Source: a bacterium
GTDB lineage: Bacteria; Zhuqueibacterota; Zhuqueibacteria; Zhuqueibacterales; Zhuqueibacteraceae
Assembly (NCBI GenBank): GCA_044869275.1
Contig: JBIOXB010000143.1
Coordinates: 1 to 64,000 of the forward strand
Direction: 5' to 3'
Length of the DNA: 64,000 bases
The notes beneath the pieces were generated by a model. That model had not been told where the DNA came from. It searched no databases and was given only the letters and a program-made list of their open reading frames with translations. Below are positions 1-10,453 of this stretch, in pieces. Made by a program: the position numbers and the translations under genes. The stretch's first letter is position 1. Each line of letters begins with the position of its first letter.

Positions 1-2
1 AC

Positions 3-66
3 AATCCAGCAATCCAACAATCCAGCAATCCAATAATCCGACAATCCATTGATCCAATGTCCCAAC
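3..66. repeat. 8-nt tandem repeat (AATCCANN x8), probably the right arm of a repeat-hairpin cut by the window edge
   Basis: aatccagc/aatccaac/aatccagc/aatccaat/aatccgac/aatccatt/gatccaat/gtcccaac; same unit as the element at 30987-31070. Confidence 0.85.
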
Positions 67-90
67 ATTTTTCATTCTGGTGAGGGCTGC

Positions 91-1230
91 ATGGATTTCA
101 ATTTGACCGACGAGCACAAGCACATTCGCGATGAAATGCGGCGTTTTGCAGAGACCGAAGTCGCGCGCGATGCCTCTGAGCGCGACCAGCAGGAAAAGTT
201 TGCCGAACAGCATATCAAAAAACTCAGCGCATTGGGTTACATGGGCATGATCGTGAGCTCGCAGTACGGCGGCCAGGGTGCGGACATGATCAGCTATGTG
301 ATCGTCGTGGAAGAACTCTCGCGCGTCGATGCCTCCGTGAGCGTTGCGCTTTCCGTAAACAACTCTCTGGTCTGTTCCGGCATTGAGAAGTTCGGCACGG
401 AAGCGCAAAAGCAAAAATATCTCGTACCGCTCGCTTCGGGCAAAGCGCTGGGCGCGTATTGTCTTTCCGAGCCGGGCACGGGCAGCGATGCGGGCGCGAT
501 GCAAACCGTGGCCTTGAAAAGAAGCGACCACTATATCCTCAACGGCACGAAAAACTTCATCACCAACGGCGTGCACGCCGATCATTACATCGTTTTTGCC
601 ACGCTCGATAAAAACTCAGGCACGAAAGGCGTCTGTGCCTTCTTGGTTGAAAGGAAATTTTCCGGAGTAGCGATTGGCAAGAAAGAAAGGAAGCTGGGGA
701 TTCGCAGCAGCGATACCGCCATGTTGAATTTCGACAATGTCAAAGTGCCGGCGGAAAACGTGCTCGGCAGCGAAGGCCAGGGCTTCAAAATCGCGATGGC
801 GATTTTGGACAACGGCCGCATCGGCATCGCGGCGCAGGCGTTGGGCATTGCACAAGGCGCATTCGACCACGCCGTGCGGTACGCCAAAGAGCGCCAGCAA
901 TTCGGTCAGCCGATCGCCAATTTTCAGGCGATACAATTCATGCTGGCGGACATGCAGACGGAAATCGAAGCGGCGCGCTTGCTGGTTTATCGCGCTGCGG
1001 CCATGAAAGATTCAGGCAATGCTTTTGCCGTGGAAGCGGCGCAAGCGAAGCTTTATGCCTCGCGCGTGGCGGTGGATTGCGCCACGAAAGCCGTGCAGAT
1101 TTTCGGCGGCGCGGGCTATTTGAAAGACTATCCCGTCGAACGCTTCATGCGCGATGCCAAGATCACCGAAATCTACGAAGGCACTTCCGAGATTCAAAAG
1201 CTGGTCATCGCGCGTGCAATTTTGCGTTAA
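91..1230 (+). CDS. Acyl-CoA dehydrogenase (butyryl-CoA/short-chain type)
   Basis: LSEPGTGSD, NGTKNFITNG, GRIGIAAQA, RQQFG and IYEGTSEIQ motifs; ATG at 91 preferred because the longer ORF start lies in the repeat. Confidence 0.93.
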   Translation: MDFNLTDEHKHIRDEMRRFAETEVARDASERDQQEKFAEQHIKKLSALGYMGMIVSSQYGGQGADMISYVIVVEELSRVDASVSVALSVNNSLVCSGIEKFGTEAQKQKYLVPLASGKALGAYCLSEPGTGSDAGAMQTVALKRSDHYILNGTKNFITNGVHADHYIVFATLDKNSGTKGVCAFLVERKFSGVAIGKKERKLGIRSSDTAMLNFDNVKVPAENVLGSEGQGFKIAMAILDNGRIGIAAQALGIAQGAFDHAVRYAKERQQFGQPIANFQAIQFMLADMQTEIEAARLLVYRAAAMKDSGNAFAVEAAQAKLYASRVAVDCATKAVQIFGGAGYLKDYPVERFMRDAKITEIYEGTSEIQKLVIARAILR

Positions 1231-1323
1231 AATTAGAGTTGTCTTGAAAGCACAAACTTGCGTATATTGCCCTAAGTAAAATGCGAAAGCCGAATTCAGC
1301 AGCCAAAGCTGTTCTCAAAAGAT

Positions 1324-1797
1324 ATGTCTCCTCTCAGTGATCGCCGGCGCGCGCGGGAGCTGGCCTTGCAGGCCTGCTATGCGCATGAGCTCTCGGGCAA
1401 TGATCCGAATACCATCGTAGCGGATGTGATCGCGGGTCAGGACGAGCCGCCGCCAGCGTTGAAATTTTCCGAAGAATTGTTCCGCGCCGCCGTCGCCCAC
1501 GCCACGGAATGTGACCTCTTCATCAAGCAAAAAGCAGTGAATTGGGAGTTCCACCGCATTGCGGTTTTGGACAAGCTCATTCTGCGCCTGGCGATTTGTG
1601 AGTTCCTTTACTTCGATGACATCCCGCCCAAAGTCTCAATCGACGAAGCCATCGAGATCGCCAAGACCTTCAGCACGGAAAAAAGCGGGCGTTTCGTCAA
1701 CGGCATTCTCGATTCCATTTTGAACGATTTCCGGGTGTCGGGACGTCTGCATAAAAAGGGGCGAGGGCTAAGCGAGAGCGGACGCAAGGAGGAGTAG
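1324..1797 (+). CDS. nusB: Transcription antitermination factor NusB
   Basis: RRRARELALQ, IPPKVSIDEAIEIAK and FVNGILD motifs. Confidence 0.95.
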   Translation: MSPLSDRRRARELALQACYAHELSGNDPNTIVADVIAGQDEPPPALKFSEELFRAAVAHATECDLFIKQKAVNWEFHRIAVLDKLILRLAICEFLYFDDIPPKVSIDEAIEIAKTFSTEKSGRFVNGILDSILNDFRVSGRLHKKGRGLSESGRKEE

Positions 1798-1910
1798 GCC
1801 AGATGCGCCAGGAGATATTCGTTACTTTAGCGCAGGAAGCGTGGCTTCTGCCCTGCCTCCAGTTGTTTTGAGGTGTTTATTTGTCAGAGCGGCAATAGAA
1901 AGGAACAATT

Positions 1911-2144
1911 ATGGAAGTACATCTCTCGGAAAAAGTGGCTGAGATTGTGAAAGCAAAAATGGCCGCTGGCGGATATTCGAGTGCGGCCGCTTTCATCTCA
2001 GATATCGTTCTACGCGCTGATGAATTTGACCGTCTCAAGCTTGAAAAGCTTCGCCACGAAGTGAATATTGGGCTTGATGAAATAAACCGTGGAGAAGTCG
2101 TTGAGTTTGATCTGGATGACATACTGAATGAAAAAGTGAAGTAA
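1911..2144 (+). CDS. parD: ParD-like antitoxin (RHH)
   Basis: 77 aa, GGYSSAA..I and KLEKLR.EV.IG...G pattern; stop overlaps start of the ParE-like toxin (TAATG). Confidence 0.8.
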   Translation: MEVHLSEKVAEIVKAKMAAGGYSSAAAFISDIVLRADEFDRLKLEKLRHEVNIGLDEINRGEVVEFDLDDILNEKVK

Positions 2145-2437
2145 TGGCAAAGGCGGTTTTAGCCAAGCGAGCAAGAAAAGACCTTATCGAAATTGGACAA
2201 TACATGGTCAAGCGGTGGGGTAAAGAACAGGCCAGGAAGTACCTAGGCCAAATTCGTGATGCTGCGGACGAATTGGCCAACCATCGTTTACACGGAAAGC
2301 TGCGAGAAGATATCGCTTCCGATCTCAAAAGTTATCACGTAGGCCGCCATGTTATTTTCTACGTGGAATCTCAAACAGGCATCGAGGTAGCCAGAGTATT
2401 ACACGATTCGAGGGATTTTTCGAGACATTTACCCTAA
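2144..2437 (+). CDS. parE: ParE/RelE-family type II toxin
   Basis: ARKDLIEI..Y..RWG.EQA.KY, GRHVIFY and ARVLH..RD pattern. Confidence 0.88.
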   Translation: MAKAVLAKRARKDLIEIGQYMVKRWGKEQARKYLGQIRDAADELANHRLHGKLREDIASDLKSYHVGRHVIFYVESQTGIEVARVLHDSRDFSRHLP

Positions 2438-2622
2438 CAGTTTGGCAGAGAGATATTTTCAAGGATCGAAGTTTTTGCAGCCCCGATATTCGCATGATCT
2501 TGGCAGTGACTTTCTCGGGCCGGTTAAAGGATGAACAAGGAACCTTGCGCTGCTCATGCCAAGATTCGCACAGCGTATCGGGGTTTGGCATTTTTTGAAA
2601 GGGAATTTTCAGGTCTGAAATT

Positions 2623-5600
2623 ATGAGTCTTCTCACGAAATTTTTTGGCAGCAAGCACGAGCGCGACCTCAAGCGCATTCAGCCGCTGGTGGCTGAAATC
2701 AATGCCATTTACGAAACGGTGCACGAGCTCACCGACGCCGAGCTGCACGATAGATCTCAGGCGTTGCGCGAAAAAGTGAAAGAAGCGACCAGCGCAGTGG
2801 TGGCGGAGATCGCGGCGCTCAATCGGCAATTGCGCGGTGAAGAATCCTCCGACAATGGCGCGGCCACCAATGGCCGCGAAGCCGGCGCCTCGATGGAAGA
2901 ATTGCGCAATCGCCTGGCAGATTTGGAAGATGAAGAGCGCGAGATCATCAAAGAGACGCTGAATGAGCTTCTGCCCGAAGCTTATGCGCTGGTGAAAGAA
3001 GCTTGCCGGCGCTTGTGCGGCCAGCGCTGGCCGGTGGTCGGGCATGAGGTGGAATGGAACATGATTCCATTCGACGTACAGTTGATCGGCGGCATTGTTT
3101 TGCATGAAGGCAAAATCTCGGAAATGGCCACCGGTGAGGGCAAAACGCTGGTGGCGACCATGCCGCTGTATCTCAACGCGCTCGCGGGCAAAGGCGTGCA
3201 TTTGGTGACGGTTAACGACTATCTCGCCCGGCGCGATTGCGAATGGATGGGCAAAATCTTCGAAACGCTCGGCTTGCGTGCGGCCTTCATCACCAACGAT
3301 ATGAACCCCATGCAGCGGCGCGAGGCCTACCATGCGGACATCACCTACGGCACGAACAATGAGTTCGGCTTCGATTATTTGCGCGACAACATGGCCGTGC
3401 GCTTGGAAGATCGGGTGCAGCGCCGGCATCACTATGCCATCATCGACGAAGTCGATTCGGTGCTGGTCGATGAAGCGCGCACGCCGCTGATCATTTCCGG
3501 ACCGGTGGAGCAGAATATCGATCAGTACGCGCAGATGAAGCCGCGGGTGGAAAGACTGGTGCAGACGCAAGGCCAGATGGTGAGCCAGCTCGTCAATGAA
3601 GCCGAGAAAGAACTGGAGGAGGGCAAAGAATACGACGCCGGCATCAAGTTCCTGAAAGCCGAACGCGCCGCGCCCAAAAATAAACGCTTTCTCAAGGCCC
3701 TGCAGGAAGCCGGCGTGAAAAAGCTCATCCGCTCCGTGGAAAGCGATTATTTGCGCGATAAAAAGATGCACGAGCTCGATGAAGAATTGTATTTCGTCAT
3801 CGACGAGAAGCATCATACCATCGATCTGACCGAAAAGGGCCGCGAGCAGCTCTCGCCCAATGATCCCGAGATGTTCACGCTTCCGGATTTGGGCGAGAAG
3901 ATTCACGAGCTCAACACCGACGAAAGCTTGAGCGTTTCCGAAAAAGAAGAGTTCAAGGAAAAGCTGACGAAGGAATATGCGGACAAAAGCGACCGTGTCC
4001 ACAGTATCTCGCAATTGCTGCGCGCATATTCTCTATATGAAAAAGACGTCGAATACGTCGTGGACAACGGCAAGGTTTTGATCGTCGATGAATTCACCGG
4101 CCGGTTGATGCCGGGCCGGCGCTATTCCGACGGCTTGCACCAGGCGCTGGAAGCGAAGGAGAACGTCAAAGTCGAGGGCGAAACTCAAACGCTGGCGACG
4201 ATCACGCTGCAGAATTATTTTCGCATGTATCACAAGCTCGCGGGCATGACCGGCACCGCGGAAACCGAGGCCGCGGAATTCTGGGAAATCTACAAACTCG
4301 ACGTGGTGGTCATTCCCACCAACCAACCGGTGCGCCGCATCGATCATGAAGATCAAATTTTCCGAACCCGCCGCGAAAAATACAACGCCGTCATTGACGA
4401 GATCGTCGCGGCGCACGAGAAAAAGCGGCCGGTGCTGGTCGGTACGATCAGTGTGGAAGTTTCGGAAACGTTGTCGCGCATGCTCAAGCGCAAGGGCATT
4501 CCGCACAAGGTGCTGAACGCGAAATATCATCAACAGGAAGCGGAAATCGTTTCGCTCGCGGGCCAGCCCGGCGCGGTGACGATTGCGACTAACATGGCGG
4601 GCCGCGGCACGGACATCAAGCTCGGCAAGGGCGTGGTGCTGGCGCCAGCGAGCCACCAATGCGCTTTGTTGCATAACGCTCGCGATGCCCAGCCCTTGTG
4701 CCCGCACTTGCAAGAATACAAATGCCGCGAAGAAGTGCCCTGCGGCTTGCACATCGTCGGCACGGAGCGGCACGAGGCGCGCCGCATCGACCGCCAGTTG
4801 CGCGGCCGCTCGGGCCGCCAGGGCGATCCCGGTTCCTCGCGTTTTTACCTGTCATTAGAAGATGATCTCATGCGCCTCTTCGGCTCCGATCGCATCGCGG
4901 CGGTGATGGACCGCCTGGGCGTGGAAGAAGGCGAAGTGATCACGCATCGCATGGTGACGAAGTCCATCGAGCGCGCGCAGAAAAGAGTCGAGGGCCATAA
5001 TTTTCAAATTCGCAAGCACCTGTTGGAATATGACAACGTCATGAACCAGCAGCGCGAGGTGATTTACGACCGCCGCGGCAATGCGCTCAACGGCCAAAAT
5101 CTGCGTGAAGAAATGCTGGAGGGCATCAAGAATTTCGTGCAGGACAAAGCCAATCTCTTCGCGGCGGCGCCTTATTCCGACGATTGGGATTGGGAAGGTC
5201 TGCAAAACGCGTTTCAACGCATTTTCTTGATCAGCATGCCGGCGGAATTACGCGAACGCAAAACCATCACGCGCGAAGATCTGCAGGAGGAGCTGGCGAA
5301 GCAGGCGCTCACGGCATACGAAAACAAAGAACAGCAGGTCAGCCCGAGGCTGATGCGCGAGATCGAGCGTTTCGCCATGTTGCGCGTGATCGACGAGCGC
5401 TGGCGCGCGCATTTGTATGAGATGGATCAATTGAAAGAGGGCATCAATCTGCGCGCGTATGGCCAGAAAGATCCGCTGCTCGAATACAAGAGCGAAGGCT
5501 TCCGCATGTTCAAAGAAATGCTCGGCATGATCGACGAACAAGTGGTCGAGCTGATCTTCAAGGCTCAGATTGCGGAACCGCCGCCCGTGCGCCGGCGTAT

Positions 5601-5793
5601 GCCTGTGCAAATGACCGCTTCACATCAATCCTCGGAAGGCTTGGGATTCATATCGCCGCGCAGCGGTGCAAGCGCCCCGCCGCCGCCGGGCAAACCGCAA
5701 CCGGTGGTCGCCGGGAACAAAGTCGGGCGCAATGATCCGTGTCCCTGTGGCAGCGGCAAGAAGTACAAAAAATGCCATGGTGCGCTGGATTGA
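2623..5793 (+). CDS. secA: Preprotein translocase SecA
   Basis: [35 protein letters not shown] and C-terminal SEC-C motif [18 protein letters not shown]. Confidence 0.99.
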   Translation: MSLLTKFFGSKHERDLKRIQPLVAEINAIYETVHELTDAELHDRSQALREKVKEATSAVVAEIAALNRQLRGEESSDNGAATNGREAGASMEELRNRLADLEDEEREIIKETLNELLPEAYALVKEACRRLCGQRWPVVGHEVEWNMIPFDVQLIGGIVLHEGKISEMATGEGKTLVATMPLYLNALAGKGVHLVTVNDYLARRDCEWMGKIFETLGLRAAFITNDMNPMQRREAYHADITYGTNNEFGFDYLRDNMAVRLEDRVQRRHHYAIIDEVDSVLVDEARTPLIISGPVEQNIDQYAQMKPRVERLVQTQGQMVSQLVNEAEKELEEGKEYDAGIKFLKAERAAPKNKRFLKALQEAGVKKLIRSVESDYLRDKKMHELDEELYFVIDEKHHTIDLTEKGREQLSPNDPEMFTLPDLGEKIHELNTDESLSVSEKEEFKEKLTKEYADKSDRVHSISQLLRAYSLYEKDVEYVVDNGKVLIVDEFTGRLMPGRRYSDGLHQALEAKENVKVEGETQTLATITLQNYFRMYHKLAGMTGTAETEAAEFWEIYKLDVVVIPTNQPVRRIDHEDQIFRTRREKYNAVIDEIVAAHEKKRPVLVGTISVEVSETLSRMLKRKGIPHKVLNAKYHQQEAEIVSLAGQPGAVTIATNMAGRGTDIKLGKGVVLAPASHQCALLHNARDAQPLCPHLQEYKCREEVPCGLHIVGTERHEARRIDRQLRGRSGRQGDPGSSRFYLSLEDDLMRLFGSDRIAAVMDRLGVEEGEVITHRMVTKSIERAQKRVEGHNFQIRKHLLEYDNVMNQQREVIYDRRGNALNGQNLREEMLEGIKNFVQDKANLFAAAPYSDDWDWEGLQNAFQRIFLISMPAELRERKTITREDLQEELAKQALTAYENKEQQVSPRLMREIERFAMLRVIDERWRAHLYEMDQLKEGINLRAYGQKDPLLEYKSEGFRMFKEMLGMIDEQVVELIFKAQIAEPPPVRRRMPVQMTASHQSSEGLGFISPRSGASAPPPPGKPQPVVAGNKVGRNDPCPCGSGKKYKKCHGALD

Positions 5794-5896
5794 ATTCAAG
5801 CCATGAGGCAATGACGGTCGACGAGAGCGTCTTTTGTTTCACGGCGTTAAAATATGCCGGCAACACACATTCACTGTGTTTTGTCCGCAAAAAATG

Positions 5897-5924
5897 TTGC
5901 TTTTCGAGATTTGTTTTGTATATT
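5897..5924 (+). promoter_or_regulatory. Putative sigma70 promoter of the smg-topA-xerC block
   Basis: TTGCTT-N16-TATATT. Confidence 0.45.
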
Positions 5925-5966
5925 GCGGCCAAACAGAGCTCCGCGCCAAGTGACAGGAGAACGAGA

Positions 5967-6428
5967 ATGAACGATCGCGTCGTCGAGATTTTGGCTTACA
6001 TCATGACCGAAATCCGCGGCCAGAAATCGAACCCCGATAAACTCGAACTGATTTCACGCGATCTTTTGCAACGCGGATATTCGCAACATGAAATCAGTTT
6101 CGCGTTTTCCTGGCTGTTTGAGCGTTACAACGGCGAATCCGAGGAAGTGTTCGGCATCAGCCCGGCTTCGCGCAACTCCTTCCGCGTCTTGCACGAATTG
6201 GAGAAAGCGGTGATTGCGCCCGAGGCCTACGGGTATCTCTTGCAGCTCAAACAACTGCGCTTGCTCAACGACGTCGAAGTCGAAAGCATCATCGAGCGGG
6301 CGATGATGGCGGGCGTGGCGCGCGTCACCATGGCGGAGGTCAAAGCATTGGTGGTCGCAACCCTGTTCAGCCCGGAAGGCATGCGCGACAAAGCGTTCAT
6401 TCTAGAAGGAAACAGCGCCATTCATTGA
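5967..6428 (+). CDS. smg: Smg/DUF494 family protein
   Basis: L...GYSQHEI..AFSWL, SFRVLHELE and AYGYLLQL pattern; typical position before topA; AGGAGA RBS before ATG 5967. Confidence 0.8.
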   Translation: MNDRVVEILAYIMTEIRGQKSNPDKLELISRDLLQRGYSQHEISFAFSWLFERYNGESEEVFGISPASRNSFRVLHELEKAVIAPEAYGYLLQLKQLRLLNDVEVESIIERAMMAGVARVTMAEVKALVVATLFSPEGMRDKAFILEGNSAIH

Positions 6429-6606
6429 TCGATGCGGCGTGGGCTTGAATGGTCGCTCAAGACCATCGCCGGTCGTCAGTTTAGCGCACTGCTCAGGGTG
6501 CCGCGCTTCGGGCTTGCCAGGCGTCGTGCCTGCACGTTCCGTATCCCCGCCGCACGGCCACCCTCTCGCATTTTGAAATTCAGTCGTACCACTATGGATG
6601 TAGATC

Positions 6607-8865
6607 ATGGCAAAAGCATTGGTTATCGTTGAATCCGTTGCAAAAACCAAAACTATCGGGAAATTTTTAGGCAAAGATTTTACGGTCAAATCTTCCGTTG
6701 GGCACGTCAAAGATCTCCCCAAACAACGTCTCGGCATCGCCCTCACCGACGGCTTCGAGCCGGAATACATTACCATCCGCGGCAAAGGCAAGGTGTTGAA
6801 CGAGCTGCGCAAAACGGCGGGTACGGTGGATCACGTTTATATCGCCACCGACCCGGACCGTGAGGGCGAGGCCATCGCACGCCATCTCGCAGATGAAATC
6901 GGCGAATACAATGAAAATATCTCGCGCGTGATGTTCAACGAGATCACCGAAAGCGCCGTCAAACAGGCGCTTGTCCATCCCAAGAAAATCGATCATGATT
7001 TGGTCGACGCGCAAAAGGCGCGCCGCGTGGTGGACCGGCTGGTCGGCTACCAGGTCAGCCCGTTGTTGTGGCGCACGATTTATCGCGGTTTGAGCGCCGG
7101 CCGTGTGCAGTCCGTGGCGCTGCGCTTGATTTGCGAGCGCGAAGCGGCCATTGAGGCATTCATTCCGGAAGAGTATTGGTCGATCGCCGCGGAGCTGAAA
7201 GGCAAGAACACCGTGCCTTTTCTCGCGAACCTAGTTAAAGTCGGCGAACAGAAGCTCGAGATTCACACGGAAAAAGAGGCGCAAGCGATTGCCGCGGATT
7301 TGAAGCAGCAATCGTTCAAAGTCGCCGACATCAAGAAGAAACAAATCAATCGCCAGCCTGCGCCGCCGTTCACTACCAGCACCTTGCAGCAGGAGGCGGC
7401 CAAACGTTTGGGCTATGGCGCAAAGCGCATCATGATCATCGCGCAGCAGCTTTACGAAGGCATCGAATTGGGCGAAGAAGGCAGCGTGGGCTTGATCACG
7501 TACATGCGTACCGATTCCGTGCGCCTCGCCGACGAAGCGCTCACTGCGGTGCGCGAGCTCATCGCGAACGACTATGGCTTGGACTATCTGCCGCAGACGC
7601 CGCGCAGATTCAAAGTGAAAGCGGGCGCGCAAGATGCCCACGAAGCCATTCGCCCGACCTCCACGAAATATTCGCCCAAGAAGATCAAAAAATATTTGAC
7701 GCCGGAACAGTATAATTTGTACGAGCTGATCTGGCAGCGCTTCGTGGCGAGCCAGATGGAAGCGGCGGTGATGGAACAGACTTCGATCGACATTGAAGCC
7801 GGAAAATATCTGCTGCGCGTCACCGGATCGGTGACGGTGTTTCGCGGCTTTCTGCAAGTGTATGATGATTTCAAGGACAAAGACGAGGATGCGGAAAACG
7901 GCGAAGCAGCCCCCGGCGTGCCCACCGGCCTGGAAATCGGCGAGCTGCTGCAACTGCTCGACCTCCATCCGGACCAGCATTTCACCAAACCGCCGCCGCG
8001 TTACACGGAAAGCAGCCTGGTGAAAGAATTGGATACGTTGGGCATCGGCCGGCCGAGCACGTATGCCATGATCATCAGCACGCTGACCGCGCGCAAATAC
8101 GTGGAGAAACAGGCACGCCAGCTCGCACCAACGGAACTCGGCAGGACCGTGAACAAGATTCTGGTGCAGCAATTCCCCAACATCTTTAACGTTGAATTCA
8201 CCGCGTACATGGAAGACGAGCTGGACAAAATCGAATCCGGCAACAAAAAGTTTTTGGAAGTCATCAACGAATTCTACGAGCCGTTCAATTCCGCCGTGGT
8301 GGCGGCGGAAGAGCAAAAGGACAGCATCAAAGATTCGCTGCAGGAAGCCACCGCAGAGCAATGCCCGAAATGCAGCAAACCGTTGATCATTCGCTGGGGC
8401 CGCAACGGCCGGTTCATGGCCTGCAGCGGTTATCCCGACTGCAAGCATACCAAGCCGCTCGATGTGCAAGAAGTGGCGACCGGCGAGGTGTGCGAGAATT
8501 GCGGCAAGGAGATGATCGCGAAAGTCGGGCGCTATGGCCGCTTCATTGCGTGCAGCGGCTACCCCGATTGCAAGAACGCCAAGCCCTTTCCCATTGGCGT
8601 GGCGTGCCCCAAGCCGAATTGCGGCGGGCAAGTGGTCGAACGGCGGAGCAAGCGCGGCCGCACTTTTTATGGCTGCGGCCGTTATCCTGCATGCGACTTC
8701 GTGAGCTGGAACAAACCGGTGGCGATTCCCTGTCCACAATGCGGCAACACCTATCTGGAAGAACGCTACACTGAAGCCAAAGGCGTGCACCTGCGCTGTC
8801 CGAAATGCAAACACGAGTTGGAAGGAACTCCCGAGGAGTTCTATGAGCCAGCCCTTGCGGGTTGA
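6607..8865 (+). CDS. topA: DNA topoisomerase I
   Basis: IVES..K, ATDPDREGE, SAGRVQS, catalytic ITYMRTD, AHEAIRPT, GIGRPSTY and C-terminal zinc ribbons. Confidence 0.98.
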   Translation: MAKALVIVESVAKTKTIGKFLGKDFTVKSSVGHVKDLPKQRLGIALTDGFEPEYITIRGKGKVLNELRKTAGTVDHVYIATDPDREGEAIARHLADEIGEYNENISRVMFNEITESAVKQALVHPKKIDHDLVDAQKARRVVDRLVGYQVSPLLWRTIYRGLSAGRVQSVALRLICEREAAIEAFIPEEYWSIAAELKGKNTVPFLANLVKVGEQKLEIHTEKEAQAIAADLKQQSFKVADIKKKQINRQPAPPFTTSTLQQEAAKRLGYGAKRIMIIAQQLYEGIELGEEGSVGLITYMRTDSVRLADEALTAVRELIANDYGLDYLPQTPRRFKVKAGAQDAHEAIRPTSTKYSPKKIKKYLTPEQYNLYELIWQRFVASQMEAAVMEQTSIDIEAGKYLLRVTGSVTVFRGFLQVYDDFKDKDEDAENGEAAPGVPTGLEIGELLQLLDLHPDQHFTKPPPRYTESSLVKELDTLGIGRPSTYAMIISTLTARKYVEKQARQLAPTELGRTVNKILVQQFPNIFNVEFTAYMEDELDKIESGNKKFLEVINEFYEPFNSAVVAAEEQKDSIKDSLQEATAEQCPKCSKPLIIRWGRNGRFMACSGYPDCKHTKPLDVQEVATGEVCENCGKEMIAKVGRYGRFIACSGYPDCKNAKPFPIGVACPKPNCGGQVVERRSKRGRTFYGCGRYPACDFVSWNKPVAIPCPQCGNTYLEERYTEAKGVHLRCPKCKHELEGTPEEFYEPALAG

Positions 8866-9766
8866 GTCATTTGCACCTTGGCTCGAGCAATTTCTGACTT
8901 ATCTCGAAGCCGAGCGCCGTGCGGCGCCGCGCACGCTCGAAACGCGGCGCGACGATTTACGCCACTTTGCGGATTTTTGGAAAAATCAAAGTGGCGCGGA
9001 ACTCACGCGCGCGGTGGTGCGACGTTATATCAGTTCTTTGTCACAACATGGCTATGCGCCTGCGACGGTCAATCGCAAACTGGCGAGCCTGCGCCTGTTC
9101 TGCAGATTTCTCCTGCGCGAAGACGCCCTGCCCAACAATCCGACGACCAACCTCGTCTCCATGAAGCAGCCGAGGAAATTGCCGCGCTTTTTGACGGTGG
9201 AAGAATTGTCCAAAGCATTGCAGATTCCCGCGGCCACAACCCCGGGCGGCGTTCGTGATCTCGCGCTCTTGGAATTGCTGTACGGCTGCGGCTTGCGGCG
9301 GCAGGAGCTGGTCAATTTGAACCTCGATGCTATCGATAGCCGCGCGCTGCAAATCCGCGTCCATGGCAAAAGGAATCGCGAACGCATTGTGCCTTTGGGC
9401 CGCGCGGCTCATGAAGCTCTGCAAAACTGGCTGGCCCTCCGGCCGGTTTTTGCAGAAAAGATCAGAGATGAAACCGCGCTATTTTTGGATACGCGGGGCA
9501 GACGTCTGAGTGCAGCACTGGTTTATCATGCCGTGCGGCGTGCTTTGCGCCAAGTGGTTCCGGTTGAAAAAGCGCACCCGCACATTTTGCGCCACAGTTT
9601 TGCGACACATTTGCTCGATGCCGGCGCGGATTTGATGGCGGTGAAAGAGTTGCTCGGGCATGCCAGCCTGGGCACGACGCAAATCTATACCCACGTCACG
9701 CCGCAACGATTGAAAGCCGTTTATCAACTTGCCCATCCCCGGGCGGGAAAGGAGCCGCAGAAATAA
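8843..9766 (+). CDS. xerC: Tyrosine recombinase XerC/XerD
   Basis: LYGCGLR, GK..RER, HILRHSFATH, LLGHASLGTTQIYTH; housekeeping context after topA. Confidence 0.88.
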   Translation: MSQPLRVESFAPWLEQFLTYLEAERRAAPRTLETRRDDLRHFADFWKNQSGAELTRAVVRRYISSLSQHGYAPATVNRKLASLRLFCRFLLREDALPNNPTTNLVSMKQPRKLPRFLTVEELSKALQIPAATTPGGVRDLALLELLYGCGLRRQELVNLNLDAIDSRALQIRVHGKRNRERIVPLGRAAHEALQNWLALRPVFAEKIRDETALFLDTRGRRLSAALVYHAVRRALRQVVPVEKAHPHILRHSFATHLLDAGADLMAVKELLGHASLGTTQIYTHVTPQRLKAVYQLAHPRAGKEPQK

Positions 9767-10012
9767 AATCAGTTCGCCCAACGCAACTAAAGTGCGCGTC
9801 CAGTCGTCTCACCAAATGAATGCCAGCATTTCGCTTCGCATTCTTCGTGGGCCGAAAAACAACTCTTGCAACGATGCGCCCATCAGGAGAGAGGAAAGTC
9901 ATTTCGAACTTGCCTGCGTTGTCCCTTAAATCAGGATGGCAGGACCACAATCCACCATAGCCGGGAGGCTATTCATGCACCTTGAACAATCTCATTCAAG
10001 GAGGAGGTCGCA

Positions 10013-10357
10013 ATGAAACTCCACATCACCGCACGGCATTTTAAACTCACTGACGCGCTGCGCACTTTTGCGGAAACGGAGGTGGCTCGACTCGAAAAGT
10101 ATCATGATGGCATCATCGAAAGCGAAGTGATTCTATCGGCGGAAAAGCTGACGCAAGTTGCAGAAATCCTGCTCAAGGTGTACGGCCAGAGGCTCACCGC
10201 CACGGAAAAGAGCGAGAACATTCAAAAGTCGATCACCCTGGCGGTGGACAAGCTCGAACGCCAGCTGAAAAAATACAAAGAGAAATTCCTCCAAAAGAAG
10301 GGCAATGTGAAAGCCGGCTTGGCTTTCGTGGAAAGCAAAGCCGCGCAAGCCATGTAA
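10013..10357 (+). CDS. hpf: Ribosome hibernation factor HPF/RaiA
   Basis: MKLHITARHFKLTDAL...AVDKLERQLKKYKEK; strong GGAGG RBS. Confidence 0.93.
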   Translation: MKLHITARHFKLTDALRTFAETEVARLEKYHDGIIESEVILSAEKLTQVAEILLKVYGQRLTATEKSENIQKSITLAVDKLERQLKKYKEKFLQKKGNVKAGLAFVESKAAQAM

Positions 10358-10367
10358 TTTTTGCATG

Positions 10368-10406
10368 AGTGAAAGCTGCCTGCGGTCTGGGCAGCTTTCA
10401 CTTTTT
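10368..10406 (+). terminator. Intrinsic terminator between hpf and hprK
   Basis: 14-bp stem AGTGAAAGCTGCCT/GGGCAGCTTTCACT followed by a T run. Confidence 0.8.
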
Positions 10407-10453
10407 GGTTCTGGGCGATTCCGGAAAAAGCTTGGAAAAGGGAATCTGAGGCT

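Noticed and set aside
8843..9766. Phage or island integrase
   Set aside because: Size, motifs and the topA-xerC-hpf context fit housekeeping XerC/D; no phage genes nearby.
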